Shown here: piece after piece, positions 1-6,849 of the stretch
Numbering within the stretch: the first letter of the stretch is position 1
Layout of the letters: the number at the start of each line of letters is the position of its first letter
DNA from: an uncultured Candidatus Peregrinibacteria bacterium
Lineage (GTDB): Bacteria; Patescibacteriota; Gracilibacteria; UBA1369; LOWO2-01-FULL-3
DNA length: 37,251 nt
Reading direction: 5' to 3'
Assembly: GCA_903847465.1 (NCBI GenBank)
Contig: CAINDQ010000146.1
Span: 1-37,251, forward strand
Made by a program: the position numbers and the translations under genes
Notes under the pieces: model-generated
The model's database searches: none
What the model saw: only the letters and a program-made list of their open reading frames with translations
Told to the model about the DNA's origin: nothing

Positions 1-1450
1 TCGACCACCTAGCATCGTCATGAATATTCATTCTTACATTTGAGCCTACGGCCCCAAGCACCGAACCATGTAGGTCTTTTTCTGAAGCAGACTCGGTCCA
101 GCTACCATCTCCATGATCTTCGTCTTCTTCATCGCCTGAATCACCTCCGACCAAACGTAGTCCTTGAGCGTGCAAAGCTGCTTTTGCGGTAGAAAACCTA
201 TCGTGCACCACCGGCTTAACCTCCTCCGTATGAATCGGCAACCCCACCATAAATGATCCAATCACAACGATTCCAACCTTCTGCAATTCTTTCACAATTC
301 TTTCCACATCTTCTGGTGTTGCTCCTGCCCTCTTGTTGAACACATCAACCTTGGATTCAATACCCATCCACACAGTCATAAGTCCACCCCTTACCAATTC
401 ACGGAAATCTCCATGCTCTTGTAAATATTTGTGCAGTCCGGCTATATCTCCAAAAACCATAAACCGAATATCTCGGCCGGATTCTTTTATTAACTCACAA
501 AGTTTTACCATTTTATCCATCGGTCTCGTAAAATTTTCATCCAAAATCGTCACATTAAGCCCTGGCATCGTGTCATCAGGTTCACCTCTCGAATCCATAT
601 AACGACAAAGTTCTTCAAAAACTTCTTCAGCCGTTTTCAAAAAATCCAACTTCGCTCCACCCATCATTTTGGCAGTATTGCAAAAATAACATCTGTTCGG
701 ACATCCAACCGAAACTACAAGTGAAGCCGAATCTTTCGGAAGACTGCTAAGTCCCAACTTTTCAACCACAAATCTCCCCAGCGCAGTTTTAGGCTGAACT
801 ATTATATGTGGAGCAGGATGAGAAATTTTTGGGCCATCCGGATCCAAATCTTCAGGAGCAAGCCCAATCGTTTTCAAATAAATTTCAAAATCTCTTATTC
901 CTTCACCTCTATAAGCAGGCATATCATTTTCTTCAAGACCTTTCCTTTCTTCCGGAGTATGCCACAGCACCTCTCCATCTTTAGGCTTAATCATTCCCGC
1001 CAATTTTCCAGCAGCAGCTCCGTAATTTCCAAAAACAACTTGCACCTGTCTATTTTTGCTCCTCGCTCGCACTTTTTCCGCAAATTCCGTAGCCTTCATT
1101 ATCAAAGGCTCAGACCCAATCGAAATTCCCACCACGTCATACCAATTCCCCGCAACCATTTCCAAGACATCCGCTTCCTCCGGAAAATCCAAAACTTCCA
1201 CTTTCGCATCCGGCACATCCACTGCCAGATTTTGCTGCATCACCGCCATTCCAGCATGCACCTGCTCGTCCATCGGATTGAACATATACTTAAAAACCGC
1301 ATCCACTTTTGCACGAACAGCTTCCGGAATCGGCAAACTATCATTTAAAACAGGTCCCTGTGGGGCCTGTGCAAAATTCATCGCAAATGGAGAAGTGCTA
1401 GCGCCGGGTACACCGGTGAGCAAAATTCTCGGATTCTCTCTTTCACTCAT
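1..1450 (-). CDS. Cobalamin-binding-domain radical SAM protein (3' end runs off the window; absent from the ORF track)
   Basis: Manual translation from ATG at 1450 is open to position 1 (MSERENPRILLTG...). B12-binding-like segment YDVVGISI...VVFGNYGA, CxxxCxxC motif SVGCPNRCYFC (~679-711), then ILDENF, VWMGIES and GSFMVGLP, typical of B12-radical SAM barrels. Confidence 0.9.
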   Translation of the reverse strand, partial: MSERENPRILLTGVPGASTSPFAMNFAQAPQGPVLNDSLPIPEAVRAKVDAVFKYMFNPMDEQVHAGMAVMQQNLAVDVPDAKVEVLDFPEEADVLEMVAGNWYDVVGISIGSEPLIMKATEFAEKVRARSKNRQVQVVFGNYGAAAGKLAGMIKPKDGEVLWHTPEERKGLEENDMPAYRGEGIRDFEIYLKTIGLAPEDLDPDGPKISHPAPHIIVQPKTALGRFVVEKLGLSSLPKDSASLVVSVGCPNRCYFCNTAKMMGGAKLDFLKTAEEVFEELCRYMDSRGEPDDTMPGLNVTILDENFTRPMDKMVKLCELIKESGRDIRFMVFGDIAGLHKYLQEHGDFRELVRGGLMTVWMGIESKVDVFNKRAGATPEDVERIVKELQKVGIVVIGSFMVGLPIHTEEVKPVVHDRFSTAKAALHAQGLRLVGGDSGDEEDEDHGDGSWTESASEKDLHGSVLGAVGSNVRMNIHDDARWS

Positions 1451-1470
1451 ATACAAAATAATAGGCGGTC

Positions 1471-1500
1471 ATAATACAAGACATCCCCCGTTTTAGTCAA
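1471..1500 (-). promoter_or_regulatory. Putative sigma70 promoter for the B12-radical SAM gene
   Basis: TTGACT-18 bp-TATTAT on the minus strand, 20 nt upstream of ATG 1450. Confidence 0.55.
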
Positions 1501-1508
1501 AACCTTAT

Positions 1509-2063
1509 TTACAAAGCCCTTCCCTTCCGAATAGTCTCATCCAGATTTCTTTGCCACTCCTCGTTGTCTCTAAGTCCAAGCCTTCTCCTTACATCCTTAA
1601 TACGTTCTATCAATTCTGCGTTTTCAGCAATCGAAAGAAACTCCGGACAAGATACTGCTATCGGCATTTTTGCGTCCAAAGTAAAAGGAAACAATCTGCA
1701 GGTCAAAGGCTTCCCTCTCCTACCATCTACCTGCAACTTACAACCACCATCAACATTCAAACAATCACTGATCACAACTTTTTTCTTCGGAATAACTAAT
1801 CCCGTTTCTCCAGTTTCTTCCCATTCCACAGTCCTCATGTCCACTCCAAGTCTAGACAAAGGTGGCACCGCAATTCTCTCCTGCACCCCAAATTCTGCCG
1901 CATTCAAAAGCGTAGTGGTATAAATAGTTCCTGTCGGTTCATGAAATTTAGGCCCACAACAAGGATCTACACATGCACCCTTTTTACAAGCCGCCATCTC
2001 TCCATCTCCCGCGAGAGCATATGTCTCTAAAATAACTTTTTGTTCATCAGGTCTTCCTCTCAT
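1509..2063 (-). CDS. YkgJ-like (CxxCxxCC-type) cysteine-cluster Fe-S/Zn protein
   Basis: 184 aa; ACKKGACVDPCCG ... DCLNVDGGCKL ... KPLTCRLFPF ... SCP matches the family Cys pattern. ATG lies 1 nt after the stop of the upstream radical SAM gene. Confidence 0.75.
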   Translation of the reverse strand: MRGRPDEQKVILETYALAGDGEMAACKKGACVDPCCGPKFHEPTGTIYTTTLLNAAEFGVQERIAVPPLSRLGVDMRTVEWEETGETGLVIPKKKVVISDCLNVDGGCKLQVDGRRGKPLTCRLFPFTLDAKMPIAVSCPEFLSIAENAELIERIKDVRRRLGLRDNEEWQRNLDETIRKGRAL

Positions 2064-2064
2064 T

Positions 2065-3525
2065 TTATCTATCTGTTAACAATTTTTCATACTCTTGAAC
2101 CTCTCTATAAATCCTTCTTATCAATTGTTTATAAGTTCCAGTTTCATTAGCAGACCAATCCATTAAAAGCCTTCCTTCGGGGTAAAATCGGCCATAATCC
2201 CCCTCCACAAAAAGTTTCATATTATCAAGCAACTCCCTGACAATTTTTTTATAAAAAGCCGCTTCTCTTTCATCTTTCGGCATTTCAAAATTTGCACTCC
2301 TCAAAGCTTTCATTATCTTCTCCCAATTATCCTCCATGGCAAAACTATAACTACATCCTTTCCCTAAATTTTCTGCGACAGAATACAAATAAGCAACTAA
2401 ATGTCTCAGGGCTGTGACAGTTTTGAAATTATGACCATCGTCCAAATCATAATAATACGATTCCGGATTGTATATTCTCGGCCCATTCATCATCATTCCA
2501 CCCATCGTAAAGTTTGGAAATGGCATACTCGTATAAACGCGTTTCACTTCAGAAAGAGGTTTTATATTTCCCTCGTTTGGATACAAGTCGGAAGAAATAT
2601 GATACTCGGAAATCATCGCACCATCTGGACTCAAAATTGTTTCATCTTCACAAGCAAATCCCGCCGCTAAAGTACCCGGAACATGCAGCTTCCCAATACC
2701 AACCTCACGCACAGGCTTGATCAGCATTCTTCCGGAATAATTCATTCTATGCTCCTCACTTATCCAATCCAAAATTCCATTTTGCGTTAACCTTTCCCTG
2801 TTTTGACCACTCAAAGATAATTGCATTTTTAATTTCCTAAAATCCCCACCCATCAAAGCTTTAAAGACTTCTTCCCCACCAGGAGGACAACTAGATAAAA
2901 TATTTATCTCCGTATAATCAGGATTATTTTCTAAAAAAGTTACCAATTCCAAAATCCAAGGATAATCACACGGATCCGAAGCGTCATACAAAGTGATTTT
3001 TCCAAAAGTTGGATGAAACTGATTGAGAAAAGCCATCAACGATTCAGGCTCCAAAACTTGCCTATTATTTTTACCATAAGGCTTCGCACTAGCGGCGCAA
3101 AATTTACAATTTCCCCTACAAAAACTCGACAACTGTACAATCTTTAACCCCATCCCAAAAGCATGCAACTCTCTCTCAGGTATCCCTGCCAAAAGAGCCC
3201 TTACGTCCACCTCCTCCACGCCAAATTGCAAAGTATCCAAAAGTCTTTGCTGAATAAGTTGCAAGTCCTCAGGCAATCCTTCTCGCGGAGCGAAGTCTCT
3301 AGCACAATCATCGATCATGTCCCCATATAATTCCTCTCGTACTTCAAGAGCCTCATCCCAACCAGCGGCATCATGAGGATCAGGCACGCCATTTTCCGCT
3401 TCAGACAAGCCCTCTTCGATTCCAGGCACGCCATCCTCCGCTTCAGACAAGCCACCTTCGATTCCAGGCACGCCATCCTCCACTTCCGGCAAGCCACCTT
3501 CTTTTGTTGTTTTTCCAGCCATCAT
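2065..3525 (-). CDS. Divergent radical SAM protein with acidic N-terminal tandem repeat
   Basis: 486 aa; QLSSFCRGNCKFC is CxxxCxxC; YDASDP sits where GGEP is expected; N-terminus has about 3 copies of EGGLSEAEDGVPGI. Confidence 0.8.
   Translation of the reverse strand: MMAGKTTKEGGLPEVEDGVPGIEGGLSEAEDGVPGIEEGLSEAENGVPDPHDAAGWDEALEVREELYGDMIDDCARDFAPREGLPEDLQLIQQRLLDTLQFGVEEVDVRALLAGIPERELHAFGMGLKIVQLSSFCRGNCKFCAASAKPYGKNNRQVLEPESLMAFLNQFHPTFGKITLYDASDPCDYPWILELVTFLENNPDYTEINILSSCPPGGEEVFKALMGGDFRKLKMQLSLSGQNRERLTQNGILDWISEEHRMNYSGRMLIKPVREVGIGKLHVPGTLAAGFACEDETILSPDGAMISEYHISSDLYPNEGNIKPLSEVKRVYTSMPFPNFTMGGMMMNGPRIYNPESYYYDLDDGHNFKTVTALRHLVAYLYSVAENLGKGCSYSFAMEDNWEKIMKALRSANFEMPKDEREAAFYKKIVRELLDNMKLFVEGDYGRFYPEGRLLMDWSANETGTYKQLIRRIYREVQEYEKLLTDR
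3381..3501. repeat. 42-bp in-frame tandem repeat, ~2.9 copies
   Basis: Units start at 3381, 3423 and 3465 (consensus caggcacgccatcctccgcttcagacaagccaccttcgattc) with few substitutions. Confidence 0.95.
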
Positions 3526-3544
3526 TCAAATATTACAGACGGCT

Positions 3545-3573
3545 ATTGTACAAGACAAAACAGCGTCTGTCAA
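3545..3573 (-). promoter_or_regulatory. Sigma70 promoter for the 3525-1509 operon
   Basis: TTGACA-17 bp-TACAAT, 19 nt upstream of ATG 3525. Confidence 0.7.
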
Positions 3574-3603
3574 CCCGCAACGATCGCCTTAACTCCGAGC
3601 TCT

Positions 3604-4104
3604 CTACAGCCAATCATCAACGAACTTATCAAACCAATTTTTCGCCTCATTTTTCGGCCAATCCGTAAATGTTTGGGGCTTCATTTGGTTCGAAGAAGCT
3701 TCCTTTACCGCATGAGGACGCCGAGCCTTATTATCCGCCGCCCATTCATTCAGATGAGCCACTTCCTTTTCAATCAAATTCGGATCGCTAATATAGGCAT
3801 ATACGAATCTAAACATTGGTCCATGATCTCCGCGCAAATTTTCCTCGACAGCATCTTTTGCCACAAGAGCCTTTAAATCCTGTAAAGCTGTTATTGCTCC
3901 AGTATAATCATATGCCCACTGCAAAATCCTCATCATCGGCATACAAGAACCTTCCCCAGAAATAGAGGGCATTCCCGGTTCAGACGGAAAACTGCCGTTG
4001 AAATTCTTCGACGCATTCCTTCCCTTATTCAACTCGGCTATAAAAGCGTCGATGATCTGCGGAGTCACTTTCCTCTCGGGAGATTTTTCTACACGCTCAG
4101 CCAT
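3604..4104 (-). CDS. Hypothetical protein
   Basis: 166-aa ORF with ATG start and its own upstream promoter; no family recognised. Confidence 0.75.
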   Translation of the reverse strand: MAERVEKSPERKVTPQIIDAFIAELNKGRNASKNFNGSFPSEPGMPSISGEGSCMPMMRILQWAYDYTGAITALQDLKALVAKDAVEENLRGDHGPMFRFVYAYISDPNLIEKEVAHLNEWAADNKARRPHAVKEASSNQMKPQTFTDWPKNEAKNWFDKFVDDWL

Positions 4105-4132
4105 AGATTGATTGTTAAGTAGTAAGTACTTA

Positions 4133-4160
4133 ATTGTACTACCGCCAAATTACAAGTCAA
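4133..4160 (-). promoter_or_regulatory. Putative sigma70 promoter for 3604-4104
   Basis: TTGACT-16 bp-TACAAT on the minus strand. Confidence 0.5.
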
Positions 4161-4176
4161 CGGCTTTCCTCTACGC

Positions 4177-4214
4177 AAAAGAAGCGTGAGAGGCATTCAC
4201 CCCTTCCACGCTTC
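4177..4214 (-). terminator. Intrinsic terminator downstream of the 6S-like RNA
   Basis: Stem gaagcgtg (4181-4188)/cacgcttc (4207-4214) with extended inner pairing, followed by TTTT on the minus strand. Confidence 0.65.
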
Positions 4215-4252
4215 ATACAGAAGCGAGATTTTAATTATCGTTGGAAACGATA

Positions 4253-4405
4253 ATGCTCTGTTGAGTCGTCGATGTCCACTACTTGACCCCCAGTGTGACC
4301 AAGTGGGTGCTCGCACTCTCCAGGAAAACCCGGAAAGAATGTAAAGCTCCCTTAGGTGTGTTGATAGAGAGAGTAATTGAGACTCTAACTTACACAATAG
4401 AGCAT
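4253..4405 (-). ncRNA. ssrS: Probable 6S RNA (long irregular hairpin with central bubble)
   Basis: Manual fold: 5' AUGCUCU pairs with 3' AGAGCAU; apical arm ACCUAAGGGAGCUUUACAUUCUUUCCGGG-UUUU-CCUGGAGAGUGCGAGCACCCACUUGGU; pyrimidine-rich weakly paired centre about nt 35-48; most G-U pairs favour the minus strand; flanked by promoter and terminator. Family assignment is by architecture only. Confidence 0.65.
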
Positions 4406-4409
4406 CTAC

Positions 4410-4438
4410 ATGTTAGTATTTCGCCAACCTTTTGTAAA
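4410..4438 (-). promoter_or_regulatory. Promoter of the 6S-like RNA
   Basis: TTTACA-17 bp-TAACAT ending about 5 nt before the 5' strand of the terminal stem. Confidence 0.6.
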
Positions 4439-4512
4439 GGGCTTGGGAAAGCCATATGGTGAGTGTCGGCACCACTAGAAATCGCATTATCATTTGGAAT
4501 TTACCACTACCC

Positions 4513-5148
4513 CTAGGTACCCAAGAGCAAAACCATTGCGATCAAATCATGCAAATACGTCATCACGTAGCCAAAAATCGAGAATCCAATCAAATCTCCC
4601 AGAATAAAAGCATCAATCAAAATTATCGCAACAAAATATTTCACGCCATTATGCAGATATTCCGCATATTGCCTATGCCATCTCTGCGGAACGATCAACC
4701 CAATAATCTTCGAACCATCAAGTGGTGGAAACGGAAATAGATTAAAAATTCCCAGATAAATACTGACATGAAAAGTCATCACAAAAAATAAAGTAAGAAA
4801 TTCCGGCATCACGCCTCCTAGATACTTCCATGGCAACGCCACAGCAAACGCCAAAACAAAATTCGACATCGGACCAGCCAGCGCAGTCAACGCATTGTCA
4901 CGAACTGGGTGTTTGAAATTTGCCGGATTCACAGGAACTGGCTTTCCCCAGCCAATAGTTCGCGTCAGCAAAAAAATCACACTACCAATTGGATCAAGGT
5001 GTTTTATTGGATTTAGAGTCATTCGCCCTGCCAGTTTTGCCGTTGGATCACCAAGGTAATACGCCGCAAGCGCATGAGAGGCCTCGTGAATAGTTAGAGT
5101 GAAAACCAATGCCAGAATGAAAGCTAAAAACTGAATCAATTCGCCCAT
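4513..5148 (-). CDS. Site-2 protease (peptidase M50 family)
   Basis: HEASH zinc motif, ALAGPMSN and FNLFPFPPLDG; hydrophobic. Confidence 0.95.
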   Translation of the reverse strand: MGELIQFLAFILALVFTLTIHEASHALAAYYLGDPTAKLAGRMTLNPIKHLDPIGSVIFLLTRTIGWGKPVPVNPANFKHPVRDNALTALAGPMSNFVLAFAVALPWKYLGGVMPEFLTLFFVMTFHVSIYLGIFNLFPFPPLDGSKIIGLIVPQRWHRQYAEYLHNGVKYFVAIILIDAFILGDLIGFSIFGYVMTYLHDLIAMVLLLGT

Positions 5149-5250
5149 AATCTTTTATTTATTTTGTGCGAAAACAATGCCACAAAAAGACTCTCTCTAC
5201 AAGTTTCGAAACTTTCGTGCTATAAGTATTTTCGCATACGGTTTATATAC

Positions 5251-5338
5251 GGAGAGATCGCATAGTGGTCGAGTGCGCACGCTTGGAAAGCGTGTAGGTG
5301 TCACAGCCTCGGGGGTTCGAATCCCCCTCTCTCCGCCA
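5251..5338 (+). tRNA. tRNA-Ser(GGA)
   Basis: Acceptor GGAGAGA/TCTCTCC, anticodon arm cacgc-ttGGAaa-gcgtg, long variable arm, GGTTCGAATCC T-arm, encoded 3' GCCA. Confidence 0.98.
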
Positions 5339-5347
5339 TTAAGTAGC

Positions 5348-5463
5348 GAGATTTCCGGTCCGGAGCGCAGGCAAACTCGCACGTTTGCCGGAGCATAGGA
5401 CTTTGCTCAAGGAAAATGCTTCGCGAACAGCGAAAATTTTCCGTAGAGCAAAGAGGAAATCCC
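5348..5463 (+). other. Structured intergenic element, copy A (three-way junction)
   Basis: Outer stem gatttcc/ggaaatc; arm 1 gtcc-GGAGCGCA-ggcaaac..gtttgcc-GGAGCATA-ggac; arm 2 ctttgctc/gagcaaag, ggaaaat/attttcc, ttcgc/gcgaa. Confidence 0.7.
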
Positions 5464-5476
5464 TATTGAACACAAC

Positions 5477-5782
5477 ATGACAAAACTCGACAAATCTTTC
5501 GTAGAATTCATCCTTGAACAAATCCAAGACGCTGGATATATTTCCCATAAATACATGTTTGGCGGATGCGCAGTTTATTGCGACGATAAAGTCGTCGCGC
5601 TCATTTGTGATAATCAGCTTTATATAAAACCAACCATGTCTGGCAGAAAATTCATCAAAAATCCCCGAGAGTTTCCTCCCTATCCAAGCGCAAAAAACTA
5701 CTTTTTGATTGAAGACGAAATCGAGAATAGAGAATGGCTTTGCGAACTAGTCCGAATAACCGCTGAAGAATTGAAAAAATAA
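5477..5782 (+). CDS. TfoX/Sxy N-terminal domain protein
   Basis: 101 aa; KYMFGGCAVYCDDKVVALICDNQLYIK and PPYPSAKNYFLI are characteristic. Confidence 0.9.
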   Translation: MTKLDKSFVEFILEQIQDAGYISHKYMFGGCAVYCDDKVVALICDNQLYIKPTMSGRKFIKNPREFPPYPSAKNYFLIEDEIENREWLCELVRITAEELKK

Positions 5783-5800
5783 CGAAATTGAAAACATGAG

Positions 5801-5814
5801 CCCCTCTCTCCCCA
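5801..5814 (+). repeat. Partial duplicate of the tRNA-Ser 3' end (att-like scar)
   Basis: cccctctctcc-cca versus tRNA cccctctctccgcca (5324-5338): 11 bp identical, then a 1-nt gap. Confidence 0.45.
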
Positions 5815-5957
5815 TGGTGAATTTGTAAAAAAGTAAAATTTCCAAATTTTCTGATTTTTTTACTTTTTGAATTTTTGAATTTTTTACAGTTTCGCGAAAA
5901 GAAGTCCGACCCTCTCGGCCGTCTCAGTCACACCAGCCACCCAGCCCTCAGCCGCCC

Positions 5958-6485
5958 TTAATAAACCAAAATCCTCCCAATCCCTCTCTCTTTATCTCTA
6001 GGAATAATTTTCCTCGGTTTCAAATCCCCAATCGCAAAAACATAAGAAACCACTCTCGTTCCACCTTTGATTCGCTTTTCAAAAAACCCCTGAAGTTTTT
6101 TCAAACTATGAGTCATCATATAACAAACAATCACATCCGCATCTTTTACGTCCTTACTTTTGAAATTCGCTCGAACCATTTTTCCTTTCCACCCAAACAA
6201 CCACTGCTTCATTTTTGCCAATAAAAAAACTCCCGGATCAACTTCATATCCAATCGCATGAGCCCCATAATCCTTTTCCGCATAGTGCAAAAAACGGCCA
6301 TCTCCAGCCCCTAAATCATACAAGATTTCGCCTTTTTTAATTTTGGCATGTTTCAAAACTTCATGCACAGCGACAATTGGTGTCGGCACAAAAGGCGCCA
6401 CCCCGAAAAAAGCGAGGTAACAATTTACGCAAAGATACACCACCACCACGCACATCACCGCTAAAGAAATAATTCCAAAAATCAT
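5958..6485 (-). CDS. Membrane-anchored class I SAM-dependent methyltransferase (FAM173-like)
   Basis: N-terminal TM helix, APFVPTP, motif I LYDLGAGDGR, GYEVDP, TRVVSYVF. Confidence 0.88.
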   Translation of the reverse strand: MIFGIISLAVMCVVVVYLCVNCYLAFFGVAPFVPTPIVAVHEVLKHAKIKKGEILYDLGAGDGRFLHYAEKDYGAHAIGYEVDPGVFLLAKMKQWLFGWKGKMVRANFKSKDVKDADVIVCYMMTHSLKKLQGFFEKRIKGGTRVVSYVFAIGDLKPRKIIPRDKERGIGRILVY

Positions 6486-6491
6486 AAAACC

Positions 6492-6500
6492 ATTGTATCA
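6492..6500 (-). promoter_or_regulatory. Extended -10 promoter, probable leaderless mRNA
   Basis: TGA-TACAAT followed by 6 nt then ATG 6485. Confidence 0.55.
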
Positions 6501-6564
6501 ACAAACTATTTATTTTTCCATCTCCGTGCTAATATTCTCCTGTATATCTTAACCCCTCTATCCT

Positions 6565-6810
6565 ATGTTAAAACCAACTGCGTTTGGCGTCACCCTGGGA
6601 TTCTTCGGCTTCATTATCTGCGGAGGCTTTATGGTGGCCTCTATCCTCACTGGATTCGGAAAACCTCTTCTTGATCTTCTCGGCCCTCTACACCCATGGT
6701 ACTCATTTAGTTATATCGGTGCATTGTGGATGGCAGTCTTCCACTTCATCGCTCTATATATTTTGGGCGGATTGTTTGTTGTTGTTTACAACGGGTTAGC
6801 AAAGAAGTAG
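6565..6810 (+). CDS. Small two-TM membrane protein (DUF5676/putative holin-like type)
   Basis: 81 aa; AFG near the N-terminus, LHPWYSFSYIG loop, and GGLFVVVYN end. Confidence 0.65.
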   Translation: MLKPTAFGVTLGFFGFIICGGFMVASILTGFGKPLLDLLGPLHPWYSFSYIGALWMAVFHFIALYILGGLFVVVYNGLAKK

Positions 6811-6849
6811 AAATTGCCTCAACTTTTGTATTTTCTAAAACCAAGCCAT

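Noticed and set aside
46-1496. Track ORFs 46-261, 333-602, 806-1348, 1056-1496
   Set aside because: Antisense or off-frame shadows of the B12-radical SAM gene at 1-1450.
3381-3501. Repeat as a CRISPR array
   Set aside because: Contiguous units with no spacers, in frame within a CDS, and no cas genes.
3315-3876. Repetitive Cys-rich peptide MACRKWRMACLESK (3315-3497) and ORF 3373-3876 as RiPP precursors
   Set aside because: Alternative frames of the 42-bp repeat inside the radical SAM gene, with no independent expression signals.
4197-4397. 66-aa ORF, and tmRNA/RNase P/SRP identity for this spacer
   Set aside because: Better explained by the long hairpin RNA. No tRNA-like ends, no GAGGAAAGUCC and no SRP helix-8 motif, despite smpB being nearby.
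5177-5548. ORFs 5177-5398, 5197-5382, 5339-5548
   Set aside because: They overlap tRNA-Ser, the structured element or the TfoX gene.
5820-5957. AT-rich inverted repeat (aaaaagtaaaa/ttttacttttt) and cagcc-rich tract
   Set aside because: Low complexity; may aid termination between convergent genes, but no specific call is supportable.
6565-6810. Holin-like gene as evidence of a prophage
   Set aside because: No endolysin, integrase or structural phage genes in the window.
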